Counted from the first letter of the stretch, positions 1-11,761 are shown. The stretch is 64,000 nucleotides of DNA from Thermodesulfobacteriota bacterium (GCA_036340075.1 JAYYZJ010000003.1:87796-151795); one strand, 5' to 3'. The notes: generated by a model from the sequence alone, not told the origin. Program-made: numbers and translations.

Positions 1-2
1 TA

Positions 3-350
3 AAAGATTATATTCGTAGAAGAGGAGAAAATATTAGCTCCTTTGAAGTAGAAAATCTTATTTCAACTCACCCTAAGATTGAAGAATCTGCTGCTATTGC
101 AGTAAAGCTTGACGAACAAGGTAGGCATTCGGAAGACGAATTAATGAGCGTCATTGTTTTAAAACAAGGAGAAAAACTTGACCCAAAGGAATTAATAGAA
201 TTCTTGGAACCAATAATGCCCAAATTTATGATTCCAAGATTCATTAGATTTAGAGATGCTCTTCCAAAAACTCCAACTAATCGAGTTCAGAAAGTCAAAC
301 TTAGAGAAGAAGGTGTAACCAAAGACACCTGGGACGCATTAAAGAAATAA
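3..350 (+). CDS. ATP-dependent acyl-CoA ligase (CaiC-like), C-terminal part; truncated by window start
   Basis: Frame open from position 3: KDYIRRRGENISSFEVE...PRFIRFRDALPKTPTNRVQK, the AMP-binding C-terminal motifs. Confidence 0.85.
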   Translation, partial: KDYIRRRGENISSFEVENLISTHPKIEESAAIAVKLDEQGRHSEDELMSVIVLKQGEKLDPKELIEFLEPIMPKFMIPRFIRFRDALPKTPTNRVQKVKLREEGVTKDTWDALKK

Positions 351-404
351 AGCTTTCTTCTTGTATTAGTTGTACCAGCTAATTTAACTCAGCCGCTAGA
401 AATA

Positions 405-1754
405 CTACTTATCCCAAGGATACTTTTTTACAGGCTTTTGCTTGTAAGGATTTTTCATATCAGGATTAAAATATTTAAATGTATTTACATGCTGATCAGT
501 ATATGAACCTGGAGGATAATATTTATCATAAAAATCTAAGTCCAAATTCTGAGCCTGAAAAACTAACCTCATATACATAGGGTCGACAAATGCTGGAAAT
601 GAACCATATGTTTCATATATGTATTCAGCTACCGACTTCACAATTTCTTTTGTTGTGTCAGTAGGCTTCGGAGCCTTAACTAAATGCTTATCTGGTTCCT
701 CATATGGAAAAGGCTTTGTATCTTTCCAGGCAGCCCATTTATGCTCATCCATCTTATCAAAAGCTTCCGACATTGATTTATAATACGGTGGACAATATCC
801 TTCAAATATTCCGTCTTTACCAACTGGTCTTGTTGGTCCAGCTTTTGGCTGCTCGAATCTAAATCCAAGCCCTTTGAAAAGCTCTGGATTAGAACCAAGG
901 GTAAAACGAGGAATCAGTCCTGTAAAAGTCCATCCGCCTAATCCAAGAGCTTGAAGTGCTAACGACATATTTTGACAAATAAATGCTTGTTCAACATTTA
1001 AACCTGTCAATATTCTTACTTCAAGATCATAAAGTGACATTTTAACTTCTTCTTTTATTCTTCCTTTTTCTATCCATTTATCTTGTCCGCAGGAACGGTT
1101 ATTCTTGTCATCCCAAATATTGAAGGCATAGGTGCTACTACAATACAGGGTTAAGAGGTTTAAATATTCCTCTGTTATGTCAGTTACTGGAATAAATGTT
1201 GTTGTTCCGGGCTTATTGGTGTTCCATTGATTAAAATCAAACAAGCCAGGCATTTTGTCAGGTAAATTTGCTCTTCCATCTTCTAATTTAACCAGGCCTT
1301 CTCTATATAGCTCAAGCAATCTTTCAATTTTATCGTTTCTATCAAGTTGAAAGAACATATCAAGTTCTTTGTCTTTGGGTAGCATGTGTTTTACATCTAC
1401 ATAGTATAAGCCAGAGTCATTGGTAAAGAACAATTCTGTTCCATGATTGTTACACGCAGACGGCCAAGTTCTTCCTGTCCATTGACACAATAAATCAATC
1501 CCATTTTCTGGAGGCAAGTCTGCTAGACACAAACCTGTTAATCCAGTTCCAGCCCATACCAACATTGCTTCTTGAAACTCTGTCAAAGGTATTGGTGGAA
1601 TATCAGATTTGTGAGCCAAGCTGCTATCGGATGGTAGCTCCATTCCTGTTCCAAATCTTCTTGATCTCCTATTAAATATTGCTTCAAACAAAGGATAGTT
1701 TAAAGCTGCATCGTAATTAACTTTCCCATTGGTTTTTCCGTTTTTCTTTGCCAT
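405..1754 (-). CDS. Uncharacterised large nitroreductase-fold protein (449 aa)
   Basis: EAIFNRRSRRF, WPSACNNH and QNMSLALQALGLGG resemble FMN-binding nitroreductase motifs; RBS-like AAGGGAG upstream. Confidence 0.6.
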   Translation of the reverse strand: MAKKNGKTNGKVNYDAALNYPLFEAIFNRRSRRFGTGMELPSDSSLAHKSDIPPIPLTEFQEAMLVWAGTGLTGLCLADLPPENGIDLLCQWTGRTWPSACNNHGTELFFTNDSGLYYVDVKHMLPKDKELDMFFQLDRNDKIERLLELYREGLVKLEDGRANLPDKMPGLFDFNQWNTNKPGTTTFIPVTDITEEYLNLLTLYCSSTYAFNIWDDKNNRSCGQDKWIEKGRIKEEVKMSLYDLEVRILTGLNVEQAFICQNMSLALQALGLGGWTFTGLIPRFTLGSNPELFKGLGFRFEQPKAGPTRPVGKDGIFEGYCPPYYKSMSEAFDKMDEHKWAAWKDTKPFPYEEPDKHLVKAPKPTDTTKEIVKSVAEYIYETYGSFPAFVDPMYMRLVFQAQNLDLDFYDKYYPPGSYTDQHVNTFKYFNPDMKNPYKQKPVKKYPWDK

Positions 1755-1780
1755 GATAAATCACACTCCCTTCTTATATT

Positions 1781-1789
1781 ATTATAGCA
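1781..1789 (-). promoter_or_regulatory. Extended -10 promoter element TGCTATAAT for the 449-aa gene
   Basis: Exact TGnTATAAT on the minus strand ~27 bp upstream of the ATG; the same 9-mer recurs at 19734 and 55888. Confidence 0.55.
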
Positions 1790-1815
1790 AAGGTAAAAAC
1801 GAGAAAAAAGGCTTT

Positions 1816-2250
1816 TTAAATTTGTTGTTTTAGCTGGTTTCTCTTGATTTCTTTGATAGCGAGCTTCAAGGTAGAGATGCCCAAAGTAGAACATTTGGGC
1901 CTAGAAAGCGTTAATTCTTCTCCTAAAATATCCGACATTAATTCTGGCCCCATATTTAGAACTTCTTCTATGTCTTTTCCTATAACCATTTCTGATATAA
2001 TAGATGTTCCAGCCTGACTAACTATGCATCCTTCACCTTCAAACTTGAAGTCTTTTATGACTCCATCATCATCTACTTTAAGACAAATGCTAATTATGTC
2101 ACCACATCCTGGATTGCCTCCCTTCTGGAGCACATCACAGCGACCTGCTTCTACATCTGCATCTTCAATAGTCCCTGTATTCCTAGGATTTTCATAATGG
2201 TCTAGGATGAAGTCCATTAACTCCTGTTTCTCTTGTGATTCGTCGGACAT
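1816..2250 (-). CDS. SufU/IscU (NifU N-terminal) family Fe-S scaffold or sulfur-transfer protein
   Basis: DHYENPRN, NPGCGD, GEGC and RPKC carry the three conserved Cys plus Asp; no LPPVK motif. Confidence 0.88.
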   Translation of the reverse strand: MSDESQEKQELMDFILDHYENPRNTGTIEDADVEAGRCDVLQKGGNPGCGDIISICLKVDDDGVIKDFKFEGEGCIVSQAGTSIISEMVIGKDIEEVLNMGPELMSDILGEELTLSRPKCSTLGISTLKLAIKEIKRNQLKQQI

Positions 2251-2261
2251 TATCTTTCCTG

Positions 2262-3104
2262 CTACTTCTCAATTGGTGCTTGAACTAAGTTGCCCCATTC
2301 GGTCCACGAGCCATCATAGTTCTTAACATCTTCAAACCCAAGTAGATAAGTTAAAACAAACCAAGTGTGCGAAGATCTTTCTCCAATTCTGCAATAAGCA
2401 ATAACATCATCTCCAGTCTTAAGTCCTGCACCGTTTTGATAAATTTCAACTAATTCATCTGCTGATTTAAATGTACCGTCTTCATTAGCAGCTGTAGCCC
2501 AAGGAACACTAGCAGCATTAGGGATGTGTCCTCCTCTTAATGCTCCTTCTTGTGGATATGCTTCCATATGAAGTAGTTCACCAGAATATTCTTTAGGTGA
2601 ACGAACATCAATCAATGGCTTATTTTGATCGCTATGAGCCCTTACATCATCTCTAAAAGCCCTAATTTTAGTGTTTAGGTTGCTTACTTTATAATTTGAC
2701 GCTGGAAAATCAGGCTTGTCTTTAACTACTGGCTTACCTTCGTCTATCCACTTTTGTCTTCCCCCATTCATAATAAGACATTTTTCGTGTCCATAAATTT
2801 TAAAGGTCCACAAAGCATAACATGCCCACCAATTACTCTTGTCTCCATAAAAAACAACTGTGTCATCGTTAGTAATGCCTTTTGATGACAACAATGCTTC
2901 GAAATTTTCTTGATTTACATAGTCTCTTACAAGGCTGTCTTGAAGTTCGGTTTCCCAATCAAGCTTAATTGCTCCTTCAATATGACTAACTTCATAAAGA
3001 AGTATGTCCTCGTTTGATTCTACAATTTTAATTCCATCTTTGTCCTTGTTTTCTAAAACCCAATCGGTAGTAACAAGAACCTCAGGATGTGCATAATCTG
3101 CCAT
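2262..3104 (-). CDS. Two-domain rhodanese / thiosulfate sulfurtransferase (SseA/CysA type)
   Basis: [18 protein letters not shown], active-site [19 protein letters not shown]. Confidence 0.93.
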   Translation of the reverse strand: MADYAHPEVLVTTDWVLENKDKDGIKIVESNEDILLYEVSHIEGAIKLDWETELQDSLVRDYVNQENFEALLSSKGITNDDTVVFYGDKSNWWACYALWTFKIYGHEKCLIMNGGRQKWIDEGKPVVKDKPDFPASNYKVSNLNTKIRAFRDDVRAHSDQNKPLIDVRSPKEYSGELLHMEAYPQEGALRGGHIPNAASVPWATAANEDGTFKSADELVEIYQNGAGLKTGDDVIAYCRIGERSSHTWFVLTYLLGFEDVKNYDGSWTEWGNLVQAPIEK

Positions 3105-3254
3105 TTTTCTTCCCCCCTTTACAATTTTGAGTCTAAATTGACCTAAAAATTGATGATTTAGTATAAAAAAACGCTAGAAACTAATGATACAACAGTTTTT
3201 ATTTTTAACAAATTTTTATTTAAAATTCTCATTTTTTTGTATATCATTTCAGAT

Positions 3255-3503
3255 ATGTCAGACGATGGAAACCAAACAGAGCTAGAAGATGGTCTTGAAG
3301 CCAAGCAAGCGGATGAAGCTTTTGATAGTGAAGCTTCTACCGAAGATGAATCAAGCGGAATAGAAGAAGTATTGCCCTATCCTGATAGAGTTCCGAATTC
3401 AAAAAAAGGGGTTTCGCATTCACATTCTTATGTGATGATAGGACTTGTTTTATTGATGGTTCTTTTCAGTTTTATTATTTCGAATTTTACTTTCTCTTAT
3501 TAA
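3255..3503 (+). CDS. Small hypothetical protein, acidic N-terminus with C-terminal membrane anchor
   Basis: Fills the gap between rhodanese and uvrA; D/E-rich then hydrophobic tail; ATG at 3255 preferred over TTG at 3237. Confidence 0.55.
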   Translation: MSDDGNQTELEDGLEAKQADEAFDSEASTEDESSGIEEVLPYPDRVPNSKKGVSHSHSYVMIGLVLLMVLFSFIISNFTFSY

Positions 3504-6293
3504 CCGATTTACATGCTTCTTTAAATATTTCGCAGTAGCAGAATCTAAACATTTCTCAAAATTTTTAGTACTCCCCTGGAAAATTACATGCCCGCCTTCT
3601 TCTCCACCTTGTGGTCCTAAATCAACAATGTAATCGCTTGCATTTATAATATCTATATTATGCTCAATTATAATTATAGTATTTCCTGCGTCTCTCAATT
3701 TATAAATTACATTCAATAATTTATCTACGTCAGAAAAATGTAAACCGATTGTTGGCTCATCAAGGATATAAAGACCTTTGCCGGTATTTTTTTTAATTAA
3801 TTCTTTTGAAAGCTTAATCCTTTGTGCTTCTCCTCCAGATAAAGTTGTTGCGGGTTGGCCTATTTTTAAATACCCCAAACCTACTGAATTAATTAAATCT
3901 ATTTTAGATTTTAATAACGGGAATCCCTTAAAAAAAATTGCGGAATCTTCAAAAGTCATATCTAAAACATCTGCTATGTTTTTATCCTTATATCTAATCT
4001 TTAAAGTTTCAAGATCAAACCTTTTACCCTGGCAGGATTCGCATTGCACTGTAACATCAGGCAAAAAGTTCATTTCGATTTTAATGCTTCCGCCTCCAGA
4101 GCACTCTTCGCAACTTCCTTCCTTAATATTAAAACTAAACCTACCTGGCAAAAATCCCTTCATACGTGATTCTTGCAAAGATGAAAAAATTTCTCTTATC
4201 GAGGAATAAATTCCCGTATATGTTGCGGGATTGGATCTCGGGGTCCTTCCTATAGGTGACTGATCGATATTGATTATTTTCTCAAAGTATTCAAAACCTT
4301 GAATGGATTCAACAAAGGGAAAGATTTTTTTGTTTAGTTTTTTTGGAGACATAGATAAAATTTTAAAAATTGTATCTACAGCTAAAGAACTTTTTCCGGA
4401 ACCCGAGACTCCAGTTATACAGGAAATTTTTCCAATAGGTATTCGAACATCAATTGATTTTAAATTGTTAAGACTTGCACCAAATATCTCTAAATGCTCT
4501 TCGTTGAAACTATTAGATCGATTTATATTAACTTTTTTCTTTCCTGATAGATATTGTCCCGTAATGGATAATTTGTTTTTTACTATGTCAGCAATCATTC
4601 CCTTTGCTACAATTTCTCCACCATTGGTTCCGGCTCCGGGTCCAATATCTATAATGTAGTCTCCGGTCCTAATAGTCTCTTCATCGTGCTCAACCACTAT
4701 TACGGTATTGCCTCGTTTCTTTAATTCCCTAAGAGATTTTTGCAACATATCATTGTCCCTAGGGTGTAGGCCAATGGTTGGCTCATCAAGAACATATGTT
4801 ACACCGGTAAGTTTGGCTCCAAGCTGTGAAGCCAATCGAATTCTTTGTGCTTCACCTCCTGATAATGTTGGTGCAGTACGATTTAAAGTTAGATAGTCTA
4901 ATCCAACATTAGATAAAAATTCTAGCCTGCTTAAGAGTTCGCTTTGAAGTTGGTCCCATATTTTTTGTTTCTCTTTTTTAAATTTTATTTTCTGGAAAAA
5001 TTTATAGCAATCTTTTACTGAGAGGGAACAAATATCAAATATGTTTAAATTATCTATAAATACATTAAGCGCATAATTGTTCAATCTGCTCCCCTTGCAT
5101 TCATCACAAGGTTCTGTTTTTTGATAAGTCTTTAAAAAAGTTTTTGTTTCTTCGGACCGTGACGAATCATACCATTCTTGTAGAATGTTTATAATTCCAT
5201 TGAATTTGTTTTTTTCATTTTCATATTCTTTGATAAAGCTTGCTATTGTTTTATTGTAAGCTCCGTAAAAAATCAAACTTCTGTCTTTCGCTGACAATTC
5301 AACAAATGGAATATCATCCTTAATTTTGTTTTTATCAATAAAGTCTTTTAATAATTTTTTATACAATTGTGAATCTTTTATTGGTTGAATTGCTCCTTCG
5401 TTTATAGATTTATTTAAATCAGGAACAATCAACGCCTCATCAAAATATTCAAACTGACCAATTCCATCACACTTCTTGCAGCAACCATAAGGACTATTGA
5501 AAGAAAAAAGTCTAGGGGAAACTTCTGGTAAGGAAATCCCGCAATTACTACAAGCTAAACTTTGGTTAAAAATCTTTCTTTCTAATTCTGTCTCTACAAG
5601 AACAATTCCTTCTCCATACTTTAATGCTGTTTCAATTGATTCAGCTAATCTCTTATAGTTTTTCGATGCTACTTTAACGCTATCGACGTAGACATGGATA
5701 TCGTGCTTCTTTTGTTTCTCTAAAACTATATTTTCATTTAGATATCTTATTTGGCCATTAATTCTTACGCTAGAAAACAACTTAGATACGAAGGAAATCT
5801 CATTTTTAAACTCGCCTTTCTTTCCCATAGCAATAGGGAAATAAATCTCTATGGTCTGACCTTGTAAGTTTTTTGTTAAAGAGTCAAGCATTGATTGTAA
5901 AGTTGTTTCTTGAACTGGATTGTTGCATTCGTAGCAATTTATACTTCCCAACCTAGCGAACATTAATCTAATAAAATCGTAAATCTCTGTTACAGTTGCA
6001 ACAGTTGACCGTGGGTTACGCATAAAAGTTTTTTGATCAACTGAAACTGAAGGGGAAAGCCCTGATACATATTCCAAGTCTGGTTTTTTAAACCTGTCAA
6101 CAAATTGTCGTGCATAATTTGATAAGGACTCTAAATATCTTCTTTGGCCTTCAGCAAATATTGTGTCAAAAGCTAGAGTAGATTTACCCGAGCCGCTTAT
6201 TCCGGTTAAGATAGTAACCTCGCCTCTGGGAATATCGATATCGATATCTTTTAAATTGTTTTCTTTTACTCCTTTAAGGGTTATTTGTTTCAC
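3450..6293 (-). CDS. uvrA: Excinuclease ABC subunit A
   Basis: GISGSGKSTLAFDTIFAEGQRRY, two LSGGEAQRI signatures, zinc fingers. Confidence 0.98.
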   Translation of the reverse strand: MKQITLKGVKENNLKDIDIDIPRGEVTILTGISGSGKSTLAFDTIFAEGQRRYLESLSNYARQFVDRFKKPDLEYVSGLSPSVSVDQKTFMRNPRSTVATVTEIYDFIRLMFARLGSINCYECNNPVQETTLQSMLDSLTKNLQGQTIEIYFPIAMGKKGEFKNEISFVSKLFSSVRINGQIRYLNENIVLEKQKKHDIHVYVDSVKVASKNYKRLAESIETALKYGEGIVLVETELERKIFNQSLACSNCGISLPEVSPRLFSFNSPYGCCKKCDGIGQFEYFDEALIVPDLNKSINEGAIQPIKDSQLYKKLLKDFIDKNKIKDDIPFVELSAKDRSLIFYGAYNKTIASFIKEYENEKNKFNGIINILQEWYDSSRSEETKTFLKTYQKTEPCDECKGSRLNNYALNVFIDNLNIFDICSLSVKDCYKFFQKIKFKKEKQKIWDQLQSELLSRLEFLSNVGLDYLTLNRTAPTLSGGEAQRIRLASQLGAKLTGVTYVLDEPTIGLHPRDNDMLQKSLRELKKRGNTVIVVEHDEETIRTGDYIIDIGPGAGTNGGEIVAKGMIADIVKNKLSITGQYLSGKKKVNINRSNSFNEEHLEIFGASLNNLKSIDVRIPIGKISCITGVSGSGKSSLAVDTIFKILSMSPKKLNKKIFPFVESIQGFEYFEKIINIDQSPIGRTPRSNPATYTGIYSSIREIFSSLQESRMKGFLPGRFSFNIKEGSCEECSGGGSIKIEMNFLPDVTVQCESCQGKRFDLETLKIRYKDKNIADVLDMTFEDSAIFFKGFPLLKSKIDLINSVGLGYLKIGQPATTLSGGEAQRIKLSKELIKKNTGKGLYILDEPTIGLHFSDVDKLLNVIYKLRDAGNTIIIIEHNIDIINASDYIVDLGPQGGEEGGHVIFQGSTKNFEKCLDSATAKYLKKHVNRLIRESKIRNNKTEKNHQ

Positions 6294-6305
6294 GGCTAGT
6301 CCTAA

Positions 6306-6977
6306 TCAATTTTTTCGTATAAGCCATTTGAAGATATCCATATCGAATTTGGACTTTGAGAGCTCTGGATGCCACTGGACAGCCAAAATTTTTCCATTAG
6401 GGCTTTCGATTGCCTCCACAATAGAATCTGAAGTTTGTGCGGATGCTACTAAGGGTCTTGGGATTTTATCAACTGCTTGATGATGAAAACTATTAACGGA
6501 TACTTTTTCTTTTTTTACAATTTTTTTCAACAAAGAAGATTTTTCAATCTCTACAACATGTTTTTTGCCTCCGGCATGTTTGATTGAATTTGGAACTAAG
6601 GATTTTATGTCTTGAAAAAGTGTTCCTCCTAAGCATACATTTATAAGTTGCATTCCTCCGCATATTCCCAAAATTTTTTTATTTTTTTTCCTTATATTGT
6701 TTATAAATAGAATTTCACTTTTTGTCCTATTTAAATCTAGTGGGTTAATTTTTTTAGTTGCCTTTTGTCTATAAAAGCGAGGGTCAATATCTCGGCTTCC
6801 GGATACTATTAGTGCATCAATATTCCTTGCAAGTAATTCAACATCTTTTTTAGAAATAGCCATAGGAAGATAAAAAGGTACCCCACCTGCTTTAAGAATC
6901 ATCTCAGAATAAAATTTTTCTGATTCAAAAAATTTTCCTTTAATATCACAGGTTATGCCAACCACAGTTTTTCCCAT
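6306..6977 (-). CDS. Gamma-glutamyl-gamma-aminobutyrate hydrolase family (peptidase C26, class I glutamine amidotransferase)
   Basis: ILGICGGMQLINV, VNSFHHQAV, VQWHPE triad motifs. Confidence 0.88.
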   Translation of the reverse strand: MGKTVVGITCDIKGKFFESEKFYSEMILKAGGVPFYLPMAISKKDVELLARNIDALIVSGSRDIDPRFYRQKATKKINPLDLNRTKSEILFINNIRKKNKKILGICGGMQLINVCLGGTLFQDIKSLVPNSIKHAGGKKHVVEIEKSSLLKKIVKKEKVSVNSFHHQAVDKIPRPLVASAQTSDSIVEAIESPNGKILAVQWHPELSKSKFDMDIFKWLIRKN

Positions 6978-7052
6978 ATTACTATTATTGTTTATTTTTA
7001 ATTAATTGAAAATCTTTTAATTGTTAAATAAATAATATAAGATTAGAAAATT

Positions 7053-8939
7053 ATGAAAGCCGAAAAGTATGACGTTTTAGTAGTAGGGGGAGGTCATGCT
7101 GGATGTGAAGCAGCTCTAGCTTCTGCCAGAATGGGAACAAAAACTCTTCTTATTACCGGAAACTTAGACACCATAGGAGTTATGTCTTGCAATCCTTCAG
7201 TGGGAGGTGTAGGGAAAGGTCACTTGGTAAGAGAAATTGACGCTCTAGGAGGAGAAATGGCAAAGGCTGCGGATTTTGCTTCAATACAATATAGAAGACT
7301 AAATACACGCAAGGGGCCGGCCGTACAAGCAACAAGAATTCAAGCTGATCGTAATTTATATAAAAACTACATGAAACAAGTAGTTGAATCTGAGGAAAAT
7401 CTAATTTTAAAACAAAGATTAATTCATTCGTTAATAGAAAAAGAAGGGAAAATTTTAGGTGTAAGAACAAATCAAGGAGAAGATATATATTCGGAATGCG
7501 TTGTTATAACTCCTGGAACCTTTCCAAATGGGCTTATTCACATTGGTAGTACTCAAATCAGTGCTGGCAGGGCTGGCGAAGCTCCAACGAAAGAAATTGC
7601 AAACTCCTTTAGACATTTGGGGCTCGAAGTAGGAAGGCTTAAAACAGGCACGCCTCCCAGGTTAGATGGAAAAACTATTGATTGGGATAGAACCGAAATT
7701 CAAGAAGGTGATAAAAATCCATCGTTATTTTCTTTTGAGAATTTTAAAATTAGGAATCCTCAACTGGCTTGCCATATTACTTACACAAATGAAAAAACTC
7801 ACGAAATAATTAGAAACAATATTGATAAATCCCCTATGTATTCTGGAACAATTGAAGGAGTGGGGCCTCGATATTGTCCTTCGATAGAAGACAAAATAGT
7901 AAAATTTCCCGAGAAAGAAAGACATCAAATATTTTTAGAGCCTGAGGGTTTAAATACAAATGAAGTTTATCCGAATGGCATCTCTACAAGTCTTCCAATT
8001 GATGTTCAAATTGAAATTGTCAATAGTATGATTGGTCTTGAGGCAGCTGAATTGATGCGTCCTGGATATGCAGTTGAATATGACTATTGTGATCCAAGAG
8101 ATCTTAATTATTCTCTTGAAAGTAAAAAGGTATCAAATCTTTTTCTTGCGGGTCAAATCAATGGAACTACAGGCTATGAAGAAGCAGCAGCTCAAGGATT
8201 AATTGCTGGAATTAATGCATCTCTTAAAATCAAGAATCTCCCCCCTCTGATTCTAAAAAGATCGGAATCATATATAGGTATCTTGATTGATGATCTTGTA
8301 ACATTAGGTGTAGACGAACCTTATAGGATGTTTACCTCTAGAGCAGAGCATAGGCTTTTACTTCGTGATGATAATGCTGATTTTAGACTTACTCCAATTG
8401 GTTACCAAATTGGATTGATAGATGATAAGAGATTTGAACAATTTGAAAAGAAAATGACCGAATATAAGAAAATTATGAAAGAAATTGAAATTGCTCAAAT
8501 TGTTCCTACAAAGAAAAATAATAAAATTTTGGAGGAAATTGGAACTCCTGGACTAAAGAAACCTTCATCTTTTAAAGAAATCTTGAGAAGATCTGAGGTA
8601 AGCTATGATGATTTAATTAAATTTAATCCAGATTATCAAATTACTGATAACAAAATATTAAAATCCTTAATTGAAAATGAAATTAAATACGAGGGTTATA
8701 TCGAGCGACAAAATGAGGAGATTAATAAGGTTGCCAAACTTCAAGAAACTCTTATACCGTCGGGGTTAAAGATAGATTCTATTCCTGGGCTATCAAATGA
8801 ACTCAAGCAAAAACTCTTAAAGGTAAAGCCGAAAACTATTGGTCAGGCATCACGAATTTCTGGAATTACACCTGCGGCACTAAGTATTTTAATGGTATAC
8901 ATCAAGAAAAATGAATTAGTAGACCAAAGAAATATATAA
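7053..8939 (+). CDS. mnmG: tRNA uridine-5-carboxymethylaminomethyl modification enzyme MnmG/GidA
   Basis: [47 protein letters not shown]. Confidence 0.98.
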   Translation: MKAEKYDVLVVGGGHAGCEAALASARMGTKTLLITGNLDTIGVMSCNPSVGGVGKGHLVREIDALGGEMAKAADFASIQYRRLNTRKGPAVQATRIQADRNLYKNYMKQVVESEENLILKQRLIHSLIEKEGKILGVRTNQGEDIYSECVVITPGTFPNGLIHIGSTQISAGRAGEAPTKEIANSFRHLGLEVGRLKTGTPPRLDGKTIDWDRTEIQEGDKNPSLFSFENFKIRNPQLACHITYTNEKTHEIIRNNIDKSPMYSGTIEGVGPRYCPSIEDKIVKFPEKERHQIFLEPEGLNTNEVYPNGISTSLPIDVQIEIVNSMIGLEAAELMRPGYAVEYDYCDPRDLNYSLESKKVSNLFLAGQINGTTGYEEAAAQGLIAGINASLKIKNLPPLILKRSESYIGILIDDLVTLGVDEPYRMFTSRAEHRLLLRDDNADFRLTPIGYQIGLIDDKRFEQFEKKMTEYKKIMKEIEIAQIVPTKKNNKILEEIGTPGLKKPSSFKEILRRSEVSYDDLIKFNPDYQITDNKILKSLIENEIKYEGYIERQNEEINKVAKLQETLIPSGLKIDSIPGLSNELKQKLLKVKPKTIGQASRISGITPAALSILMVYIKKNELVDQRNI

Positions 8940-8966
8940 CAATTCCATCAATCTTTGTAAGCTCTT

Positions 8967-11054
8967 TTAGTTGGTAAGTAGAATTTTTTTAAGCTCTTCT
9001 AAAGAAGAAACGGGCATCGTGCATGTATAGTCTTTGCAAACAAATATTTGAAATTCATCATTTAGTTCTGGAATGAAATCAGAATTTAAAATAATTTCTG
9101 AATAAATTTGTTTATCTTCATCTGAAGAAATATAGAAAATAGATTTATTTAAATGGTTAAAGTTAATAATGTAATTAACTATCTCGTTATCTAAATTTGG
9201 CTCCTTATTTTTATTCATAACAACAATCTGAAGCTTGTCGGACAAAATTGAATAATGGCTAGTTAAAAACTGTGCTAGATTAATTGGAAATTTTTTTGCC
9301 ATTTCTCCTAGTTGAGAAGATAGCTTATTCGCTTTGGTACCAAGTTCATCATCTCCAGTATAATTAGCAACTTTTAATAATCCATACAAGGCAATAGAGT
9401 TTCCTGATGGTATTGCTCCATCTAGCAAATTCTTTTGTCTTACAATAATATTTAAATCTTTGTTATTGGTAGCAAAGAAGCAGCCTTTTTCTTGGTCCCA
9501 GAACAATTCAATCATCTTGTTGCAAATATTCACTCCGTGTTTAAGAATTTCTGGGTTCAATGTAGTTTCATAAAGATCTAGACATGCTTTTAGAGTAAAA
9601 GCATAGTCATCTATCATTCCTTCAATGGATACTTTGTCTTTCCTATAACAATGAAGCAAGCTATGGTCTTCTAATATCATGTTTTCTTTAATAAAATTGA
9701 ATGCGCCTAAAGAAATATCTAAATAATGGTGGTTCCTAAAAGTTCTTGCAGCTTTAGCAAAAGAAGAAATTGCTAGCGCATTCCAATCGGTCAATATTTT
9801 ATCATCCAGCAATGGTCTTATTCTTTTGTTCCTTTCTTTCCTTAATTTATCTTTAATGCGACTTGTCTCAGATACAATCAATTCTGCATCTAAAGAAAAT
9901 GTTGAAGAAAAGGAATCAAGCTCGTTTCTTAAATAAACAATGTTTTTCCCATTTTTAGTTTTAGTCGTTTCGTCTTCGAAGTTTCCATCTAATTCAATAT
10001 TGTAAATATGTTCAAAAAATGAGTACTCATCGCTAGTTAGTATTTCTTTTAGTTCGTCGCTGGTCCATAAGTAAAATAATCCTTCCTCGCCCTCACTGTC
10101 AGCATCTTCTGCAGAAAAAAGTCCTCCCTTGTCAGAAAGCAAAATATCTTTTATATAAAAATATATTTCTTGAATTGTATGCTTGAATAAATCTTTCTTT
10201 GTTAAACTATATCCTTCTACAAGAGCTTCAACCATAAGAGCTTGATCATATAACATTTTTTCGAAATGTGGCACAAGCCATTTAACATCGGTTGAATATC
10301 TATGAAATCCATAGCCTATATGGTCATAAATTCCTCCTAATATCATTGAAGTTAAAGTTTGGTCAACCATCCTTAGTGAGTCTTTATTGTTTGTATCGCA
10401 AGTAAATTTTGATAAAAAAATCATGTTGTGAGGGCTGGGGAATTTGGGGGCTTCTCCAAAGCCGCCATATTTTTCATCAAAAAAATCTTTCAGGCTTTCA
10501 AATATGCTTTCCATGTCCTCTTTTACAATAAAGCTGTCTTTAATTGTTGGGTTGGACACGCTTTTAAGAGAGCCTATAATGCTTTCAGCTGATTTAAGTA
10601 CTTCGTCTCTTTTTGTTCTCCATACTTCATCAATCTTTGGAAGCAAGTCTAATAACCCTACCAGGCCATTTCTGCTCGTTTTAGGGAAATAGGTTCCGGC
10701 AAAAAAAGGTATTCTGTCTGGTGTCATTATTATTGTTAATGGCCAGCCCCCTCTACTAGTCATCATTTGACATACAGCCATATAGATACTGTCTATGTCT
10801 GGCCTTTGCTCTCTATCAACCTTGATTGAAATAAAATTAGAATTTAATAAAGATGCTATTTCTTTGTCTTCGAAAGATTCGTGCTCCATAACATGACACC
10901 AGTGACATGTCGAATAACCTATAGAAAGAAATATAGGCAAATCTTTATCTTTAGCTAATGTAAATGCTTCGTCAGACCACGGATACCAGTTCACAGGGTT
11001 CTCTGCATGTTGAAGCAAGTAGGGGCTATTTTCTTTATTTAGCTTATTGGTCAT
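8967..11054 (-). CDS. Thioredoxin domain-containing protein (YyaL/SSP411 family)
   Basis: [32 protein letters not shown]; start set at ATG 11054, which overlaps the upstream stop (ATGA). Confidence 0.92.
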   Translation of the reverse strand: MTNKLNKENSPYLLQHAENPVNWYPWSDEAFTLAKDKDLPIFLSIGYSTCHWCHVMEHESFEDKEIASLLNSNFISIKVDREQRPDIDSIYMAVCQMMTSRGGWPLTIIMTPDRIPFFAGTYFPKTSRNGLVGLLDLLPKIDEVWRTKRDEVLKSAESIIGSLKSVSNPTIKDSFIVKEDMESIFESLKDFFDEKYGGFGEAPKFPSPHNMIFLSKFTCDTNNKDSLRMVDQTLTSMILGGIYDHIGYGFHRYSTDVKWLVPHFEKMLYDQALMVEALVEGYSLTKKDLFKHTIQEIYFYIKDILLSDKGGLFSAEDADSEGEEGLFYLWTSDELKEILTSDEYSFFEHIYNIELDGNFEDETTKTKNGKNIVYLRNELDSFSSTFSLDAELIVSETSRIKDKLRKERNKRIRPLLDDKILTDWNALAISSFAKAARTFRNHHYLDISLGAFNFIKENMILEDHSLLHCYRKDKVSIEGMIDDYAFTLKACLDLYETTLNPEILKHGVNICNKMIELFWDQEKGCFFATNNKDLNIIVRQKNLLDGAIPSGNSIALYGLLKVANYTGDDELGTKANKLSSQLGEMAKKFPINLAQFLTSHYSILSDKLQIVVMNKNKEPNLDNEIVNYIINFNHLNKSIFYISSDEDKQIYSEIILNSDFIPELNDEFQIFVCKDYTCTMPVSSLEELKKILLTN

Positions 11055-11761
11055 TTGTTCATCTCGTTCATCACTAATTGCATATCTTCCCAAACAAGTT
11101 TTTTTCTTGAACCATCTCTCAATAATGCTGCAGGGTGATAAGTTACTATAACTTTTGCATTGTATTTGCTAAAAAATTTTCCCCTTAAGTCCATTATTCT
11201 ATCCTTGGTTCCAAGTATTCCTTCCGCTGCTGTTGCGCCAAGACATACTATTATTTTTGGATTGACAAAAGAAATTTGTGTTGCCAAATAATTGGAACAT
11301 GCTTCCATCTCGCTAAGCTCTGGTTTTCTATTGTCTGGAGGCCTGCATTTAACAATATTGCAAATATAAACATCATTTTCTGATAAATTCATAGCATCGT
11401 CATTAAACATAATCTTATCAAGAAGCTTGCCTGCTCTGCCTACAAATGGCTTACCTACCATATCTTCATCTCTTCCTGGGCCTTCCCCAATAAACATTAT
11501 ATCGGCTTTATCGTTTCCTCGAGAAAAGACAGTGTTGTTCCTATCCTTATGCAAAGGGCATAATGTGCATTCTTCTACTGCTGTCTTAATTTCTTCCAAG
11601 CTGTTAAATTGAGAATTAGGTTCAATGTTTCCTTGGATCAAATTTGCAACTTTATCTCTATCTTCCTTCTTTAAAAAAACCCCTTGGATTCCTAGAGATT
11701 TTAGGCTTCTTGCCCGCCTTATTATTTTTTTCATTTGTAGATTTTTATCTTCTTCATTCAT
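11051..11761 (-). CDS. Uracil-DNA glycosylase family 4 (Fe-S)
   Basis: [38 protein letters not shown]. Confidence 0.93.
   Translation of the reverse strand: MNEEDKNLQMKKIIRRARSLKSLGIQGVFLKKEDRDKVANLIQGNIEPNSQFNSLEEIKTAVEECTLCPLHKDRNNTVFSRGNDKADIMFIGEGPGRDEDMVGKPFVGRAGKLLDKIMFNDDAMNLSENDVYICNIVKCRPPDNRKPELSEMEACSNYLATQISFVNPKIIVCLGATAAEGILGTKDRIMDLRGKFFSKYNAKVIVTYHPAALLRDGSRKKLVWEDMQLVMNEMNK

Noticed and set aside
3810..4870. Repeated nucleotide segment encoding LSGGEAQRI...LDEPTIGLH twice
   Set aside because: Expected internal duplication of the two UvrA ABC domains
6286..6300. TGTTTCACGG as another parS site
   Set aside because: Only a half-site, and it coincides with the uvrA start codon
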